NCBI GenBank assembly: GCA_964443365.1
Contig: CAYUCM010000001.1
Coordinates: forward strand, 6,467 to 54,431
DNA: 47,965 nt
Direction of reading: 5' to 3'
DNA from: an uncultured Candidatus Saccharibacteria bacterium
GTDB taxonomy: Bacteria; Patescibacteriota; Minisyncoccia; Phycocordibacterales; CAIZLB01
Every line of letters begins with the position of its first letter. Positions within the stretch are counted from its first letter, which is position 1. Below are positions 8,628 through 17,261 of this stretch, in pieces. The notes beneath the pieces were generated by a model. It was not told the DNA's origin, did not search any database, and saw nothing but the letters and a program-made list of their open reading frames with translations. The position numbers and the translations under genes are program-made.

Positions 8628-8702
8628 TGGTGCTCTCGGTAGGAATCGAACCTACATTAACGGCTTAGAAGTCCGCAGTTCTATCCATTGAACTACGAGA
8701 GC
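8628..8702 (-). tRNA. tRNA-Arg (anticodon UCU), CCA encoded
   Basis: Reverse complement: gctctcg-ta-gttcaatggatagaac-t-gcgga-ctTCTaa-gccgt-taat-gtaggttcgattcctac-cgagagc-a-cca. Confidence 0.8.
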
Positions 8703-8811
8703 TTGGATAGAAAACATAATAGCAGATTTTTTGATTTTTGCTAGCCCCTCCCTGTTGTCGCAAAATATACACAAATCGAATCTAAAAAACCTTGAATATA
8801 ACTATTATAAA

Positions 8812-9087
8812 TTACTCTAAAAACATAACCTCTCTTTGATTATATTTTTCTAACACCTCTTGTATTTCAGCTTCCTTATCTTTTACTACTGGCGCTTGAA
8901 TATTAGAAAAATCATTTTTTATTTCTGATCTAACGGCCAAAAAGAAGAAATAGCTCCAAATTGCTATGATCAATAAAACAAAGAAAAAGAAAATAAGTAT
9001 TTTTGGCCAATCCTGAACGGGCCTACTTCCAAAAAAATAGGAATTGGACATTTTATTTTTAAATAGTTTTACATTAATGTCCTTCAT
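8812..9087 (-). CDS. small single-TM protein, last gene of the pilMNO operon
   Basis: 91-aa ORF starting 2 nt after the pilO-like stop. TM ILIFFFFVLLIIAIWSYFFFLAV. Confidence 0.5.
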   Translation of the reverse strand: MKDINVKLFKNKMSNSYFFGSRPVQDWPKILIFFFFVLLIIAIWSYFFFLAVRSEIKNDFSNIQAPVVKDKEAEIQEVLEKYNQREVMFLE

Positions 9088-9088
9088 A

Positions 9089-9658
9089 TTATTTTTCTTT
9101 AATTATTAAAACATTTAGATCAATCTGCCAAAAATCAGAACCGCTTCCAGGAACACCCTGACTGCCAACTCCAACAAGAGAGAAGGTTTTTATTTGAACA
9201 TTATAAGGGGCATTATTTATTTTATTCAAAAAATCAAATACCTGCCTCTTACTACCAAACGCCGTCATTTTAACACTCAAATACTCTTTATTAATTTTAG
9301 AAAGTCCTTCATCGGCAACAATTTCAATAGAATTCGTCGTATATTTTTGAACATATTTATCAGCCAAATCTTCAATATTTTTTACGAAATTTATAGACCC
9401 CTCATTACCTGAAGAAATAATATATTTATAGATTTTAGAATTATTTTCATCGGACTTTTCTGCGACCTTCTTAATAGAATTCATCTTGTTAAAATCTTGC
9501 TCAAGCGCCACACTTTCTTCATGTAATGTTTTCAAATTATTACCCATTCCTCCAACATACAAAATCGACCAAACATAGAAGGATATAGCAAAAACGGCGA
9601 TGATGACTGATATTATTAATATATATACGGTTTGTTTTTGCATATTATTTTTTATCAA
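9089..9658 (-). CDS. pilO: PilO-like type IV pilus assembly protein
   Basis: 189 aa: N-terminal TM, then a coiled-coil segment, then a C-terminal domain. Positioned after the PilM and PilN genes. The call rests on position and topology. Confidence 0.5.
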   Translation of the reverse strand: MIKNNMQKQTVYILIISVIIAVFAISFYVWSILYVGGMGNNLKTLHEESVALEQDFNKMNSIKKVAEKSDENNSKIYKYIISSGNEGSINFVKNIEDLADKYVQKYTTNSIEIVADEGLSKINKEYLSVKMTAFGSKRQVFDFLNKINNAPYNVQIKTFSLVGVGSQGVPGSGSDFWQIDLNVLIIKEK

Positions 9659-10196
9659 TTTTAATCAAATTAAATTTAATAGAAAAATTGATATTATTTT
9701 TCTTGGCAAAACTAGATATCGGTATTTCTATACCCTGAAATTCTTCATGGGCCTTGAGTTTGTTTTGAAAATATACCAATGTATCCCTATCCCCCGCTAC
9801 ACCATCGATACTAATTGATGCACTCTTATTATCCACCAACATATATGAATAACGATTAATTACAACACCGCTCTGCAAACCGTCCATTAAAGTATTATAG
9901 ACCTCATTAGGATTTGGAATTTCTTGAGAAATTTTCAAGGCCTGTAAACCATAATCAACATTTTTAATTTTTTCATCTAAATTGTTTCCCTTAATTCCAT
10001 CAATGGAATTTTGTTTAATTTTATTTCCATTCTTTACAGTATTCAAACTACCAACAGCAGAAAGATATGTTGGCAAAAGAAGAGCTGTTCCAGCCACAGA
10101 AATAAGAGCAATAAAAATAGCAATCACAATAGCAATGCGCATTCTATATTCCTTGATGACTCTTTTCTTTTGTGTGTCTGGTAATAGATGTAACAT
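9645..10196 (-). CDS. pilN: PilN-like type IV pilus assembly protein
   Basis: MLHLLPDTQKKRVIKEYRMR followed by one TM (the PilN N-terminal LLP motif). Sits directly after pilM. Confidence 0.6.
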   Translation of the reverse strand: MLHLLPDTQKKRVIKEYRMRIAIVIAIFIALISVAGTALLLPTYLSAVGSLNTVKNGNKIKQNSIDGIKGNNLDEKIKNVDYGLQALKISQEIPNPNEVYNTLMDGLQSGVVINRYSYMLVDNKSASISIDGVAGDRDTLVYFQNKLKAHEEFQGIEIPISSFAKKNNINFSIKFNLIKIDKK

Positions 10197-10200
10197 ATAT

Positions 10201-11328
10201 TTATTGATCTTTTAATAAAGCGAGTCCAAACGCCGTACCGTAAGAAAGCGAATCTTTCATTGAAATTTCTGGAATCTCATTTTCAAAAGAAAATATATTT
10301 GTCCAAACATTTGCTATAGAAACTGGTGTCTTTAATGATATAGACAAATAATCTTTAAATCCAGGCATACTTGCGTCTTGACCTGCTAAGATTATTTTTT
10401 CTACACCAAAATCAATATTTTTATTTTGATCTGAAAACATGGAGTCCGCCATACCCTCGCCTTCTTTAAAATTATTAACACTATTCCAATATACTGAAAC
10501 CTTTCTAATTTCTTCAATCAAAACAGACGCGGTACTCATAAGTGCAGACGCAATCTTTTCATTTCCAACTTCCCGTGAAAAGCCCTTATCAAATTTTGCA
10601 AAAAGAGCAGAGTCTTTATCTGTGGACAAAGCACCCATTAGAGAGTTGGTAAAATCTTCAGATCCCATTGGTATAGTAGACGTAAATTGTACCGCCTCAT
10701 CGTTAACGATTGAAATAACCGTGTTTTTATAATTTATATTAACCACTAAATAACTATTCTTATCCCCCTTCTTAACGATTGCTCTTGAAAGCGCCTGGTT
10801 CTCAATCAAAAAAGAAATTGGCAAAAAGCCACAAGACTCAAAAAGAGTAATGTATTCATCAATTACTGTTTTTGGAACAACGGAGACCGCCAAAAACTGC
10901 ATGCCGGTTTTTTCATTCTTTGTAATTCTATGATAATCAAACACCGCCTCATCCAAAGAAACAGGAACGTTTTCTTCAATATGCATTTCTATTCTTGTTC
11001 TAATCTCTTCTTTGGTACCATCAACAACCTCAATTGTAAAAAGATACGATTTCTCTTCTGGAATAGACACCTCGACAAATTTAAAATTATTTTCTTTTTT
11101 GATTTTTTTCAAAATAGATAACACATCCGATCTTTGTAAAATCGACTCACTTGGCAAAATTGGGTTTTCAAGTTTTTCTTCAATGCACTTTCTCAATCTA
11201 AGTCCCTTAGATGTTCTAATTAATTCAACAACACGAATAGCACCAGAACTTATATCAACACCCGCATGAGACATTTCAAGAAAATGCGGAACTGGAAAAT
11301 ATTTATTGAAGAAACTATAGTACGACAT
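10201..11328 (-). CDS. pilM: PilM, actin-like type IV pilus assembly ATPase
   Basis: 375 aa. N-terminal GVDISSGAIRVVEL and ILAGQDASMPGFKDYL segments are typical of the PilM/FtsA-like fold. Confidence 0.7.
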   Translation of the reverse strand: MSYYSFFNKYFPVPHFLEMSHAGVDISSGAIRVVELIRTSKGLRLRKCIEEKLENPILPSESILQRSDVLSILKKIKKENNFKFVEVSIPEEKSYLFTIEVVDGTKEEIRTRIEMHIEENVPVSLDEAVFDYHRITKNEKTGMQFLAVSVVPKTVIDEYITLFESCGFLPISFLIENQALSRAIVKKGDKNSYLVVNINYKNTVISIVNDEAVQFTSTIPMGSEDFTNSLMGALSTDKDSALFAKFDKGFSREVGNEKIASALMSTASVLIEEIRKVSVYWNSVNNFKEGEGMADSMFSDQNKNIDFGVEKIILAGQDASMPGFKDYLSISLKTPVSIANVWTNIFSFENEIPEISMKDSLSYGTAFGLALLKDQ

Positions 11329-11336
11329 GTACTAAT

Positions 11337-11345
11337 ATTCTATCA
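11337..11345 (-). promoter_or_regulatory. extended -10 element (TGaTAGAAT) for pilM
   Basis: Minus strand reads cttgTGaTAGAATattagtacATG, 8 nt to the ATG at 11328. Confidence 0.45.
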
Positions 11346-11361
11346 CAAGAAAAAAGATTTG

Positions 11362-11712
11362 TTATTTTAATTTTGTACCGTTGGGTAAATCTTTACTTGG
11401 ATTAAGTAGAGCGAGGGTTTCTCCAGAGCTTGCAGCAAGAATCATGGCCTGACTTTCTAACCCCATCATATTTCTTGGCGCCAAATTGGTAACAAAAGGA
11501 AATTGTTTTCCAACTATTTCTTCTGGTGTTACATATTTAGCAATTCCAGATAGAACTTGACGAGGTGTTTCTTCGTTAAAATCTACAGAAAGTTTTAATA
11601 GCTTATCAGAGCCCTCCAGTCTTTCAGCACTAATGACCTGCCCAAGCTTAATTTCCACCTTGATTAAATCCTCTATTGAAATTGTAGTGTTTATGTTTGT
11701 TTCTTCTGTCAT
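11362..11712 (-). CDS. tRNA-binding domain protein (CsaA/EMAP-like OB fold)
   Basis: KVEIKLGQVISAERLEGSDKLLKLSVDF...QVLSGIAKYVTPEEIVGKQFPFVTNLAPRNMMGLESQAMIL matches the tRNA-binding domain pattern. Confidence 0.75.
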   Translation of the reverse strand: MTEETNINTTISIEDLIKVEIKLGQVISAERLEGSDKLLKLSVDFNEETPRQVLSGIAKYVTPEEIVGKQFPFVTNLAPRNMMGLESQAMILAASSGETLALLNPSKDLPNGTKLK

Positions 11713-11718
11713 ATTATT

Positions 11719-12153
11719 TTAATTATTGCCCTTAAATTTAACCCTATCTAAATAACTTTGCAAGATTATTGCTGCAGCAGAGGCATCCACATGATCGGTT
11801 TGACCTTGAAATTTTGTAGCCGAAACGGTTGAAAACATTTCAGGTTCAAAAAAAACTTCAATTTGTTGAGCCGCTAGAAAGTCCACCAAAATTTTTGCAT
11901 CCTTCATTATAATGTTTTCTTCTCCATGTAGATTGTTGGATTGGCCACAAACAACGGTTTTAACACCCTCTTTGTTAATAATTTCAAGAAGTTCTTTTTT
12001 TGTCGAATTTTCTCGCTCTTCCCTCTTTTCTTTATCATGACCAAAGCCAGATATTGTATTTAAAGGAAAAGCAAAAGATGAGGACTCGTCAGAAATTGCC
12101 AAACCTATTCTTTTTGAACCAAAATCAACGCCCATTATTCTGCCTTTATTCAT
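11719..12153 (-). CDS. ruvX: YqgF/RuvX putative Holliday junction resolvase / pre-16S rRNA nuclease
   Basis: IMGVDFGSKRIGLAISD N-terminal motif. The start could be Met1 (12153) or Met7 (12135). Confidence 0.8.
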   Translation of the reverse strand: MNKGRIMGVDFGSKRIGLAISDESSSFAFPLNTISGFGHDKEKREERENSTKKELLEIINKEGVKTVVCGQSNNLHGEENIIMKDAKILVDFLAAQQIEVFFEPEMFSTVSATKFQGQTDHVDASAAAIILQSYLDRVKFKGNN

Positions 12154-12196
12154 ATTAATTATAGTCTACCTAAGTATTGTTTTTTATACAACTATC

Positions 12197-12205
12197 TGAT
12201 ATTAT
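12197..12205 (+). promoter_or_regulatory. extended -10 element (TGaTATTAT) upstream of tRNA-Ser
   Basis: ctgatattat, followed by 9 nt before the mature tRNA 5' end at 12215. Confidence 0.45.
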
Positions 12206-12214
12206 ACGGACCAC

Positions 12215-12301
12215 GGAGGAGTGGCAGAGAGGTCGATTGCACCTGTCTTGAAAACAGGAGTCTCTTAACGGGGACCGTGAGTTCGAATCTCACCTCCTCC
12301 G
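12215..12301 (+). tRNA. tRNA-Ser (anticodon UGA), long variable arm, no encoded CCA
   Basis: ggaggag...cctgt-ctTGAaa-acagg...gtgagttcgaatctcac-ctcctcc-g. Confidence 0.85.
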
Positions 12302-12309
12302 CATTTCAA

Positions 12310-12343
12310 AACAAAACACACCCACGTGGTGTGTTTTGTTTTT
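12310..12343 (+). terminator. intrinsic terminator after tRNA-Ser
   Basis: Stem aaacaaaacacacc / ggtgtgttttgtt with a 5-nt loop, followed by a T tract. Confidence 0.75.
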
Positions 12344-12504
12344 ATATATAAAGACTAGATAATAACGACGTTTCCATAAAAAATAAACCCTGACTTATTT
12401 TGAACGCCACCATATCTAGCCCGTCAGATATATACTGTTTGAATCTGCACACCACACCAAATCGAGCAAACTTGATGTTTGGGGTGTAATGATTAAATTT
12501 TTAA

Positions 12505-12513
12505 TGATATAAT
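12505..12513 (+). promoter_or_regulatory. extended -10 element (TGaTATAAT)
   Basis: aaTGaTATAATtttaccATG, 6 nt to the ATG at 12520. Confidence 0.55.
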
Positions 12514-12519
12514 TTTACC

Positions 12520-13209
12520 ATGAAAAACTCGAAAAAATATTTTGCAGCAACCTTGGTAATTTTAGCTATTATAATGAGTCTCGGCGCGTATTTATATTTA
12601 CAAAAATCAGCGCAGGTTGAAGAGTCCCACAAACAGAAAAACACCGAGATTACACCGATTTCCACATGGAAAAAATATACTGATGAAAAAGAAGGTTATT
12701 CTTTTCTTTATCCGAACGATTGGGTTCCTAATAAGTATTTTTTGGAAACAAATATGGGGTTTTCAACAAAAGAGAATCTAAAATTATCAGAGGCAGCACA
12801 TGAATGGGGTGGAAAATATGTTGATTTTTCAATTACGGTCTGTGAAAACATTAATACTAAGTGTGCACTTGGTGTATCGACAACAACCAAGTATAAAAAT
12901 CTTGCCACACAAATTGAAACACAAAGAAACAAATCACACCGAATGTTTTCTGATGATAACTACGGATTTAAAACAATAACCAAACCCGACATCAGCCTTC
13001 AAATAAACGGCGTTACAGGTTATGGTTTAGATGTCGGCGGAGCGTATGGCACCTTTGAAGTTATTGTAGAAAACCCGAAGAATGGAAAAATATATCTATT
13101 GGGAATACCAAATGCCTATGAATACTGTGGGTATGATTATGAGTGCAAAAATAATCCACCACGCTTAAGTCCTGAGCAGAAAGCAATAATAGAAAGCTTC
13201 AAGTTTTAA
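12520..13209 (+). CDS. hypothetical secreted/membrane-anchored protein
   Basis: 229-aa ORF with N-terminal TM YFAATLVILAIIMSLGAYLYL. No family recognised. Confidence 0.55.
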   Translation: MKNSKKYFAATLVILAIIMSLGAYLYLQKSAQVEESHKQKNTEITPISTWKKYTDEKEGYSFLYPNDWVPNKYFLETNMGFSTKENLKLSEAAHEWGGKYVDFSITVCENINTKCALGVSTTTKYKNLATQIETQRNKSHRMFSDDNYGFKTITKPDISLQINGVTGYGLDVGGAYGTFEVIVENPKNGKIYLLGIPNAYEYCGYDYECKNNPPRLSPEQKAIIESFKF

Positions 13210-13235
13210 ACCTAGATTAAAAAAACACAATAACG

Positions 13236-13260
13236 AAACAGGGGTCGTCACCTGTTTTGT
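13236..13260 (+). terminator. intrinsic terminator
   Basis: aaacagg-ggtcgtca-cctgttt, followed by ttgtt. Confidence 0.6.
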
Positions 13261-13307
13261 TCATAACAACTATTTTAATATTTTTTTATGCTATAATTAT
13301 TCCAATT

Positions 13308-13790
13308 ATGGACAATGATACAAAAATCAAATCATTGAGTTGGAGCGCGCATGAACACGAGCATCGTGAAAAAAGTAAAGATTGGTATTGGTCTTTGGGT
13401 ATTTTGACAGTAACAGCATTAATACTATCAATTGTCTTTTCTAATTATATTTTTGGAGTCTTAATCTTAATAATAGGTTTTTCTTTGGCAATAGTAGGAT
13501 CTAAAGAACCACGATTTATTGATTTTGAACTGAACACAACTGGAGTCAAAATAGACAAACAACTATTCCCCTATTCCACCCTAGAAGCCTTTTGGGTTGA
13601 AAACAATCAAGACAATCATTTACCATCACAACTTTTAATTAAATCCAAAAAGGCTATAATGCCCCTTATAATAATGCCCCTTGAAAATACAGACCCAGAG
13701 GCAGTTAGAGATTTCTTATTATATAGACTGCTAGAAAAGGAGCTTCAGGAACCATTCTTACAATTTGTGCTAGAAAATTTGGGTTTTTAA
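13308..13790 (+). CDS. hypothetical two-TM membrane protein
   Basis: ORF track 13257..13790. The start was moved to MDNDTKIKSL because the upstream codons overlap the terminator hairpin. TMs: WSLGILTVTALILSIVF and IFGVLILIIGFSLAIVG. Confidence 0.5.
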   Translation: MDNDTKIKSLSWSAHEHEHREKSKDWYWSLGILTVTALILSIVFSNYIFGVLILIIGFSLAIVGSKEPRFIDFELNTTGVKIDKQLFPYSTLEAFWVENNQDNHLPSQLLIKSKKAIMPLIIMPLENTDPEAVRDFLLYRLLEKELQEPFLQFVLENLGF

Positions 13791-13867
13791 GAAATGTGTG
13801 GTATTTTATGTCCAGCCACCCGCTTTATTAAAGACGGCCAAATACGATCCGCGTGGCAATAATTTAA

Positions 13868-13939
13868 GCTCCCGTCGTTCAATGGATAGGACGCAACTTT
13901 GCGGAAGTTGTAATGTAGGTTCGATTCCTACCGGGAGCA
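13868..13939 (+). tRNA. tRNA-Arg with anticodon GCG (hand fold)
   Basis: gctcccg-tc-gttcaatggatagGac-g-caact-ttGCGga-agttg-taat-gtaggttcgattcctac-cgggagc-a. The anticodon stem has 5 perfect base pairs; U33 and G37 are present. Confidence 0.7.
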
Positions 13940-14039
13940 CCTTTGAACTGTACCTAGAGTGTACCTCATACGGTACACCACAAACCCACACCAATTTGAG
14001 TGTGCAAGGTTTGTACATTCGTCAACATAGAGAAAATTG

Positions 14040-14048
14040 TGCTAAAAT
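14040..14048 (+). promoter_or_regulatory. extended -10 element (TGcTAAAAT)
   Basis: attgTGcTAAAATagcctcATG, 6 nt to the ATG at 14055. Confidence 0.5.
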
Positions 14049-14054
14049 AGCCTC

Positions 14055-14294
14055 ATGATTAATTATTTTCAATTAATACCAACCTTTATACTAATCATAT
14101 ATTGGATAGGATCATTTTTCTTGGTGTATCACCTTTTAAAATACGGCATTACAAATTGGCCCAAAAGACTAGCAACCATTTTCTTATTAGGCTCTCTTTT
14201 TATGAGCATGATATCTTTTATGTTGTTTAATCAAATAGATTGGCAAAAAACTTTTGACGACGGCAAAGTTCAGCTTAAAAACTTAAGTAAATAA
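14055..14294 (+). CDS. small two-TM membrane protein
   Basis: 79-aa ORF. TMs: LIPTFILIIYWIGSFFLVYHLL and LATIFLLGSLFMSMISFMLF. Confidence 0.5.
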   Translation: MINYFQLIPTFILIIYWIGSFFLVYHLLKYGITNWPKRLATIFLLGSLFMSMISFMLFNQIDWQKTFDDGKVQLKNLSK

Positions 14295-14298
14295 ATTT

Positions 14299-15003
14299 AT
14301 GACGAAAATAATTCTTAAAAAACAAAATTGGTTTTTTGAAGGAAAGGAGGAGCAAGAAGATGTTATGCTTGTTCTTCACAGACATTGGCTAACTCTTGGG
14401 GTACAGATTTCAGCAGTTATATTACTAGGTTTTTTACCTTTTGTATTACTGTTGGTATTAAGTAGTGTAATCGTCAAATTTAATTTAATACCAATATTTT
14501 CATTCTTTTGGGTTATTTATTATATGGGTTTATGGTATTGGCTATTTTATGTTGTAACAATGTATCAATTAGACAACTGGATTGTTACAAACAGAAGAAT
14601 AGTAGATAGCTTACAAAGTGGATTCTTCAATAGAAGAATTGCAGAATTACATTTGGAAAAGATTCAAGATGTGTCTTACAAAGTAGAAGGTTTAATACCA
14701 ACTTTTTTTAATTACGGAACTGTAGAAATTCAAACCGCTGGAACTGAACATAAATTCTTTTTTGATCAAATTCCAAATCCACAAGGTGTAAAAGATGTGA
14801 TTATGGAATTAATTATTGTAGAAGAGAAGAAGGAAGAAGAAATACCTAATCCCCCACATCATCCACATCATCACCATATTGAAAATAGTAGCGTAGAAAT
14901 TATAGAAGAGGCACCAGACCCAAACACCGACCCAAACACAGTTCCAAACACAGAACAAAAAATCGCCCAAGAACAAACACCAGAATCAAGAGGTAACTTT
15001 TAA
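14299..15003 (+). CDS. membrane protein with bacterial PH (YdbS/YdbT-like) domain and a His/Pro-rich tail
   Basis: Two TMs followed by NWIVTNRRIVD...EKIQDVSYKVEGLIPTFFNYGTVEIQTAG, which is bPH_2-like. The tail reads NPPHHPHHHHIENS...DPNTDPNTVPNT. Confidence 0.5.
   Translation: MTKIILKKQNWFFEGKEEQEDVMLVLHRHWLTLGVQISAVILLGFLPFVLLLVLSSVIVKFNLIPIFSFFWVIYYMGLWYWLFYVVTMYQLDNWIVTNRRIVDSLQSGFFNRRIAELHLEKIQDVSYKVEGLIPTFFNYGTVEIQTAGTEHKFFFDQIPNPQGVKDVIMELIIVEEKKEEEIPNPPHHPHHHHIENSSVEIIEEAPDPNTDPNTVPNTEQKIAQEQTPESRGNF
14917..14952 (+). repeat. three tandem 12-nt units inside the CDS
   Basis: gacccaaacacc / gacccaaacaca / gttccaaacaca, encoding DPNT-DPNT-VPNT. Confidence 0.85.
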
Positions 15004-15034
15004 TGGCGAGCGCCCACATTAGGACAAGGCTTAC

Positions 15035-15068
15035 AAAACAAAAACCGCATATCGCGGTTTTTGTTTTT
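15035..15068. terminator. bidirectional intrinsic terminator between convergent genes
   Basis: aaaacaaaaaccgc-atatc-gcggtttttgtttt: a long A/T-flanked stem with a 5-nt loop. Confidence 0.8.
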
Positions 15069-15100
15069 CTTTTTAATTAAGCGGGACTGGCTAAGGTTGC

Positions 15101-15355
15101 TTACGCAAGCTTCTTAACAAAATTACTCAATCTTGACTTCTTTCTGTCTGCTGCACCCTTCTTAATAAGACCCTTCTTTGCGGCCTTGTCTAAAGCCTTA
15201 TAAGCTTCTGAAAGAGCTTTTTGAGCATCAGCCTTAGATGCTGACTTTCTAACGCTTTTTACAGCAGTATCAACCTTCTTTTTACGACGAAGATTTACCA
15301 CCATCTTTTTTTCAGATCCTCTAAGTGCTTTTTTTGCTGATTTGGTTATTGGCAT
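15101..15355 (-). CDS. rpsT: ribosomal protein S20
   Basis: MPITKSAKKALRGSEKK...KGLIKKGAADRKKSRLSNFVKKL. The ATG at 15355 is preferred over the TTG at 15370 used by the ORF track. Confidence 0.85.
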   Translation of the reverse strand: MPITKSAKKALRGSEKKMVVNLRRKKKVDTAVKSVRKSASKADAQKALSEAYKALDKAAKKGLIKKGAADRKKSRLSNFVKKLA

Positions 15356-15399
15356 ATGTAATGAGAACAATATCAGAAAAAGTCAAATTAATCAACTTT

Positions 15400-17217
15400 T
15401 TAGTGATGTTCATAATACTTGTAAAAATATCCCTTCTTCTCAACTAATCTCTTGGGTGTTCCCTGTTCAACAATAAGGCCATTTTCCATAACAATTACCT
15501 TGTCCGAATTCATTATGGTAGACAATCTATGAGCAATAATTATAACCGTCTTATTCTTTGCGATTTCTTCAAGTCCGGTGACTAGGGTTTTTTCTGTTTT
15601 AAAATCTAAGGAACCCGTTGGTTCGTCCAAAACTATAATTGATGAATCCTTAATCAGCGTTCTTGCCAAAGACACTCTTTGTTTCTCCCCACCAGAAAGC
15701 TTGCCCCCATTATTACCAACCTGATAATCCATTTCCTCTGGAAATTTTTTAATAAAATCCATTAAATCTAATTTGTCTATTATAAAGTCAATATGCTCTT
15801 TATTTATTTTATCTTCATCGAGAGAATACAAAAGATTGTTTTTAATCGTATTATTAAACAAATACAAATCTTGCGTCATAAAAGCAAAGTGTTTTTTGAG
15901 AGATTCCAAACTGTATTTTTTAATATCAACACCATCAATAAACACACTATCCGCTGGGCAATCATAAAAACGCAATAAAATATTTACCAAGGTAGACTTA
16001 CCAGATCCTGTTTTTCCAACTATTGCAATCTTTTCTCCTTTTTTAAAATCTGTAAAAATTCCCTTTAAAACCTCATTTTCTTTGTATGCAAATTTTAAGT
16101 TTTTTATTTCAATTTTATCTTTCAATCCATCAAACTCTATTTCACCACCCTTAAATATAAATTTATCTTCATCAGACAAAAGCTCTTGTATTTGTCCAAG
16201 TCTAATACCCAATTCAATTAGATGGGCTTGTCCGCTTTGAATTGAAGATATTAGCGATGGAATTCTAGATAAAATAAAGACAAAAATAACTGCGCCAGAT
16301 ATAGAAAGTGCATTATCGTAAAAAGACATCATGGCTATAATTCCAGCCACAGAAAGAACTATAGTCATAGATGCAATTTCTTCTATCGGTGTTAGTAGAT
16401 GAAACTTTTTCTGAATTTTTATATCCACATCAACCTCCTTCTTACTTTCAATTTCAAAATCTGATCTTTCTTTTTCTTCCCTACCAAAGCCCTTCACCAA
16501 AACCAAACAAGCTATTAAGTCAGAAATCTTATTTGAAAAATTAATTCTAGCTGTTTCTTTTTCCAGATGAAGCCTGTTAACATTGTTCTTTATTTTTCGT
16601 AAAAATAAATATAATAAAAACAAAAGCGGAACTACAATAATTGTTAATTTCCAAGAAACATACAGTAAATATGAGAAGTATGCTATGAAGGTAATAACAT
16701 CTATGGCAATTTTATTTAACGAACTCAAACTCCCGCCTATTGTTGAACCAGACTCTATTAAAATTCTATTTAATTCATTTTTGTTTTGATTATCAAAAAA
16801 CAGCTTTCCAAATGACAGGTATCTTCTAAACAACAGGTCTCTCATTTTATTTGAGGCCACAGCTGTTTGAAGATTGGAGCTGTAAAATGACAGGAAGTTT
16901 ATTAGAGACCTGAAGACAACAGTAAAATAAAGCGCCCCTCCTAATAACAGTAAAATCTTCCAAAAAGAATCTTGAAATCCAATTTTATATATTAAATCTC
17001 TTAAATATCCCAAACTCTCAATGGTTGCCAAATCTCTTTTGAGCACCAAGTTTACTATCGGAAAAAGAAGAGACAACAAAAAGAAGTTGGAGAATATTAA
17101 GAAAACCGCCAAAACAGCACCGATAGATAGTATTTTTATATTAATACCAGTTACATTAAAAACCCAAAAAACCTTACTTAAACTGGCTTTTAGACGCTTG
17201 GGACTGAAATCAAACAT
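15400..17217 (-). CDS. ABC exporter, fused permease/ATPase (MsbA-like type)
   Basis: Six-TM N-terminal half. Walker A GKTGSGKST, signature LSGGEKQR, Walker B IIVLDEPT. Confidence 0.85.
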   Translation of the reverse strand: MFDFSPKRLKASLSKVFWVFNVTGINIKILSIGAVLAVFLIFSNFFLLSLLFPIVNLVLKRDLATIESLGYLRDLIYKIGFQDSFWKILLLLGGALYFTVVFRSLINFLSFYSSNLQTAVASNKMRDLLFRRYLSFGKLFFDNQNKNELNRILIESGSTIGGSLSSLNKIAIDVITFIAYFSYLLYVSWKLTIIVVPLLFLLYLFLRKIKNNVNRLHLEKETARINFSNKISDLIACLVLVKGFGREEKERSDFEIESKKEVDVDIKIQKKFHLLTPIEEIASMTIVLSVAGIIAMMSFYDNALSISGAVIFVFILSRIPSLISSIQSGQAHLIELGIRLGQIQELLSDEDKFIFKGGEIEFDGLKDKIEIKNLKFAYKENEVLKGIFTDFKKGEKIAIVGKTGSGKSTLVNILLRFYDCPADSVFIDGVDIKKYSLESLKKHFAFMTQDLYLFNNTIKNNLLYSLDEDKINKEHIDFIIDKLDLMDFIKKFPEEMDYQVGNNGGKLSGGEKQRVSLARTLIKDSSIIVLDEPTGSLDFKTEKTLVTGLEEIAKNKTVIIIAHRLSTIMNSDKVIVMENGLIVEQGTPKRLVEKKGYFYKYYEHH

Positions 17218-17223
17218 GTCGTT

Positions 17224-17232
17224 AGTATATCA
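17224..17232 (-). promoter_or_regulatory. extended -10 element (TGaTATACT) for the ABC exporter gene
   Basis: Minus strand reads gaTGaTATACTaacgacATG, 6 nt to the ATG at 17217. Confidence 0.5.
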
Positions 17233-17246
17233 TCTATTTCAAGTTG

Positions 17247-17255
17247 TGTTACAAT
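17247..17255 (+). promoter_or_regulatory. extended -10 element (TGtTACAAT) for ruvA
   Basis: gtTGtTACAATatcagcATG, 6 nt to the ATG at 17262. Confidence 0.55.
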
Positions 17256-17261
17256 ATCAGC

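Noticed and set aside
13257-13307. Longer N-terminus (track start at 13257) for the 13308..13790 membrane protein
   Set aside because: The extra codons overlap the terminator hairpin of the preceding gene (13236-13260). The ATG at 13308 gives a sensible soluble N-terminus followed by two TMs.
13798-14058. 86-aa (plus) and 70-aa (minus, 13806..14018) ORFs from the track
   Set aside because: They overlap each other and the well-folding tRNA-Arg(GCG) at 13868-13939. Their relatively high G+C comes from the tRNA. There are no start-site signals.
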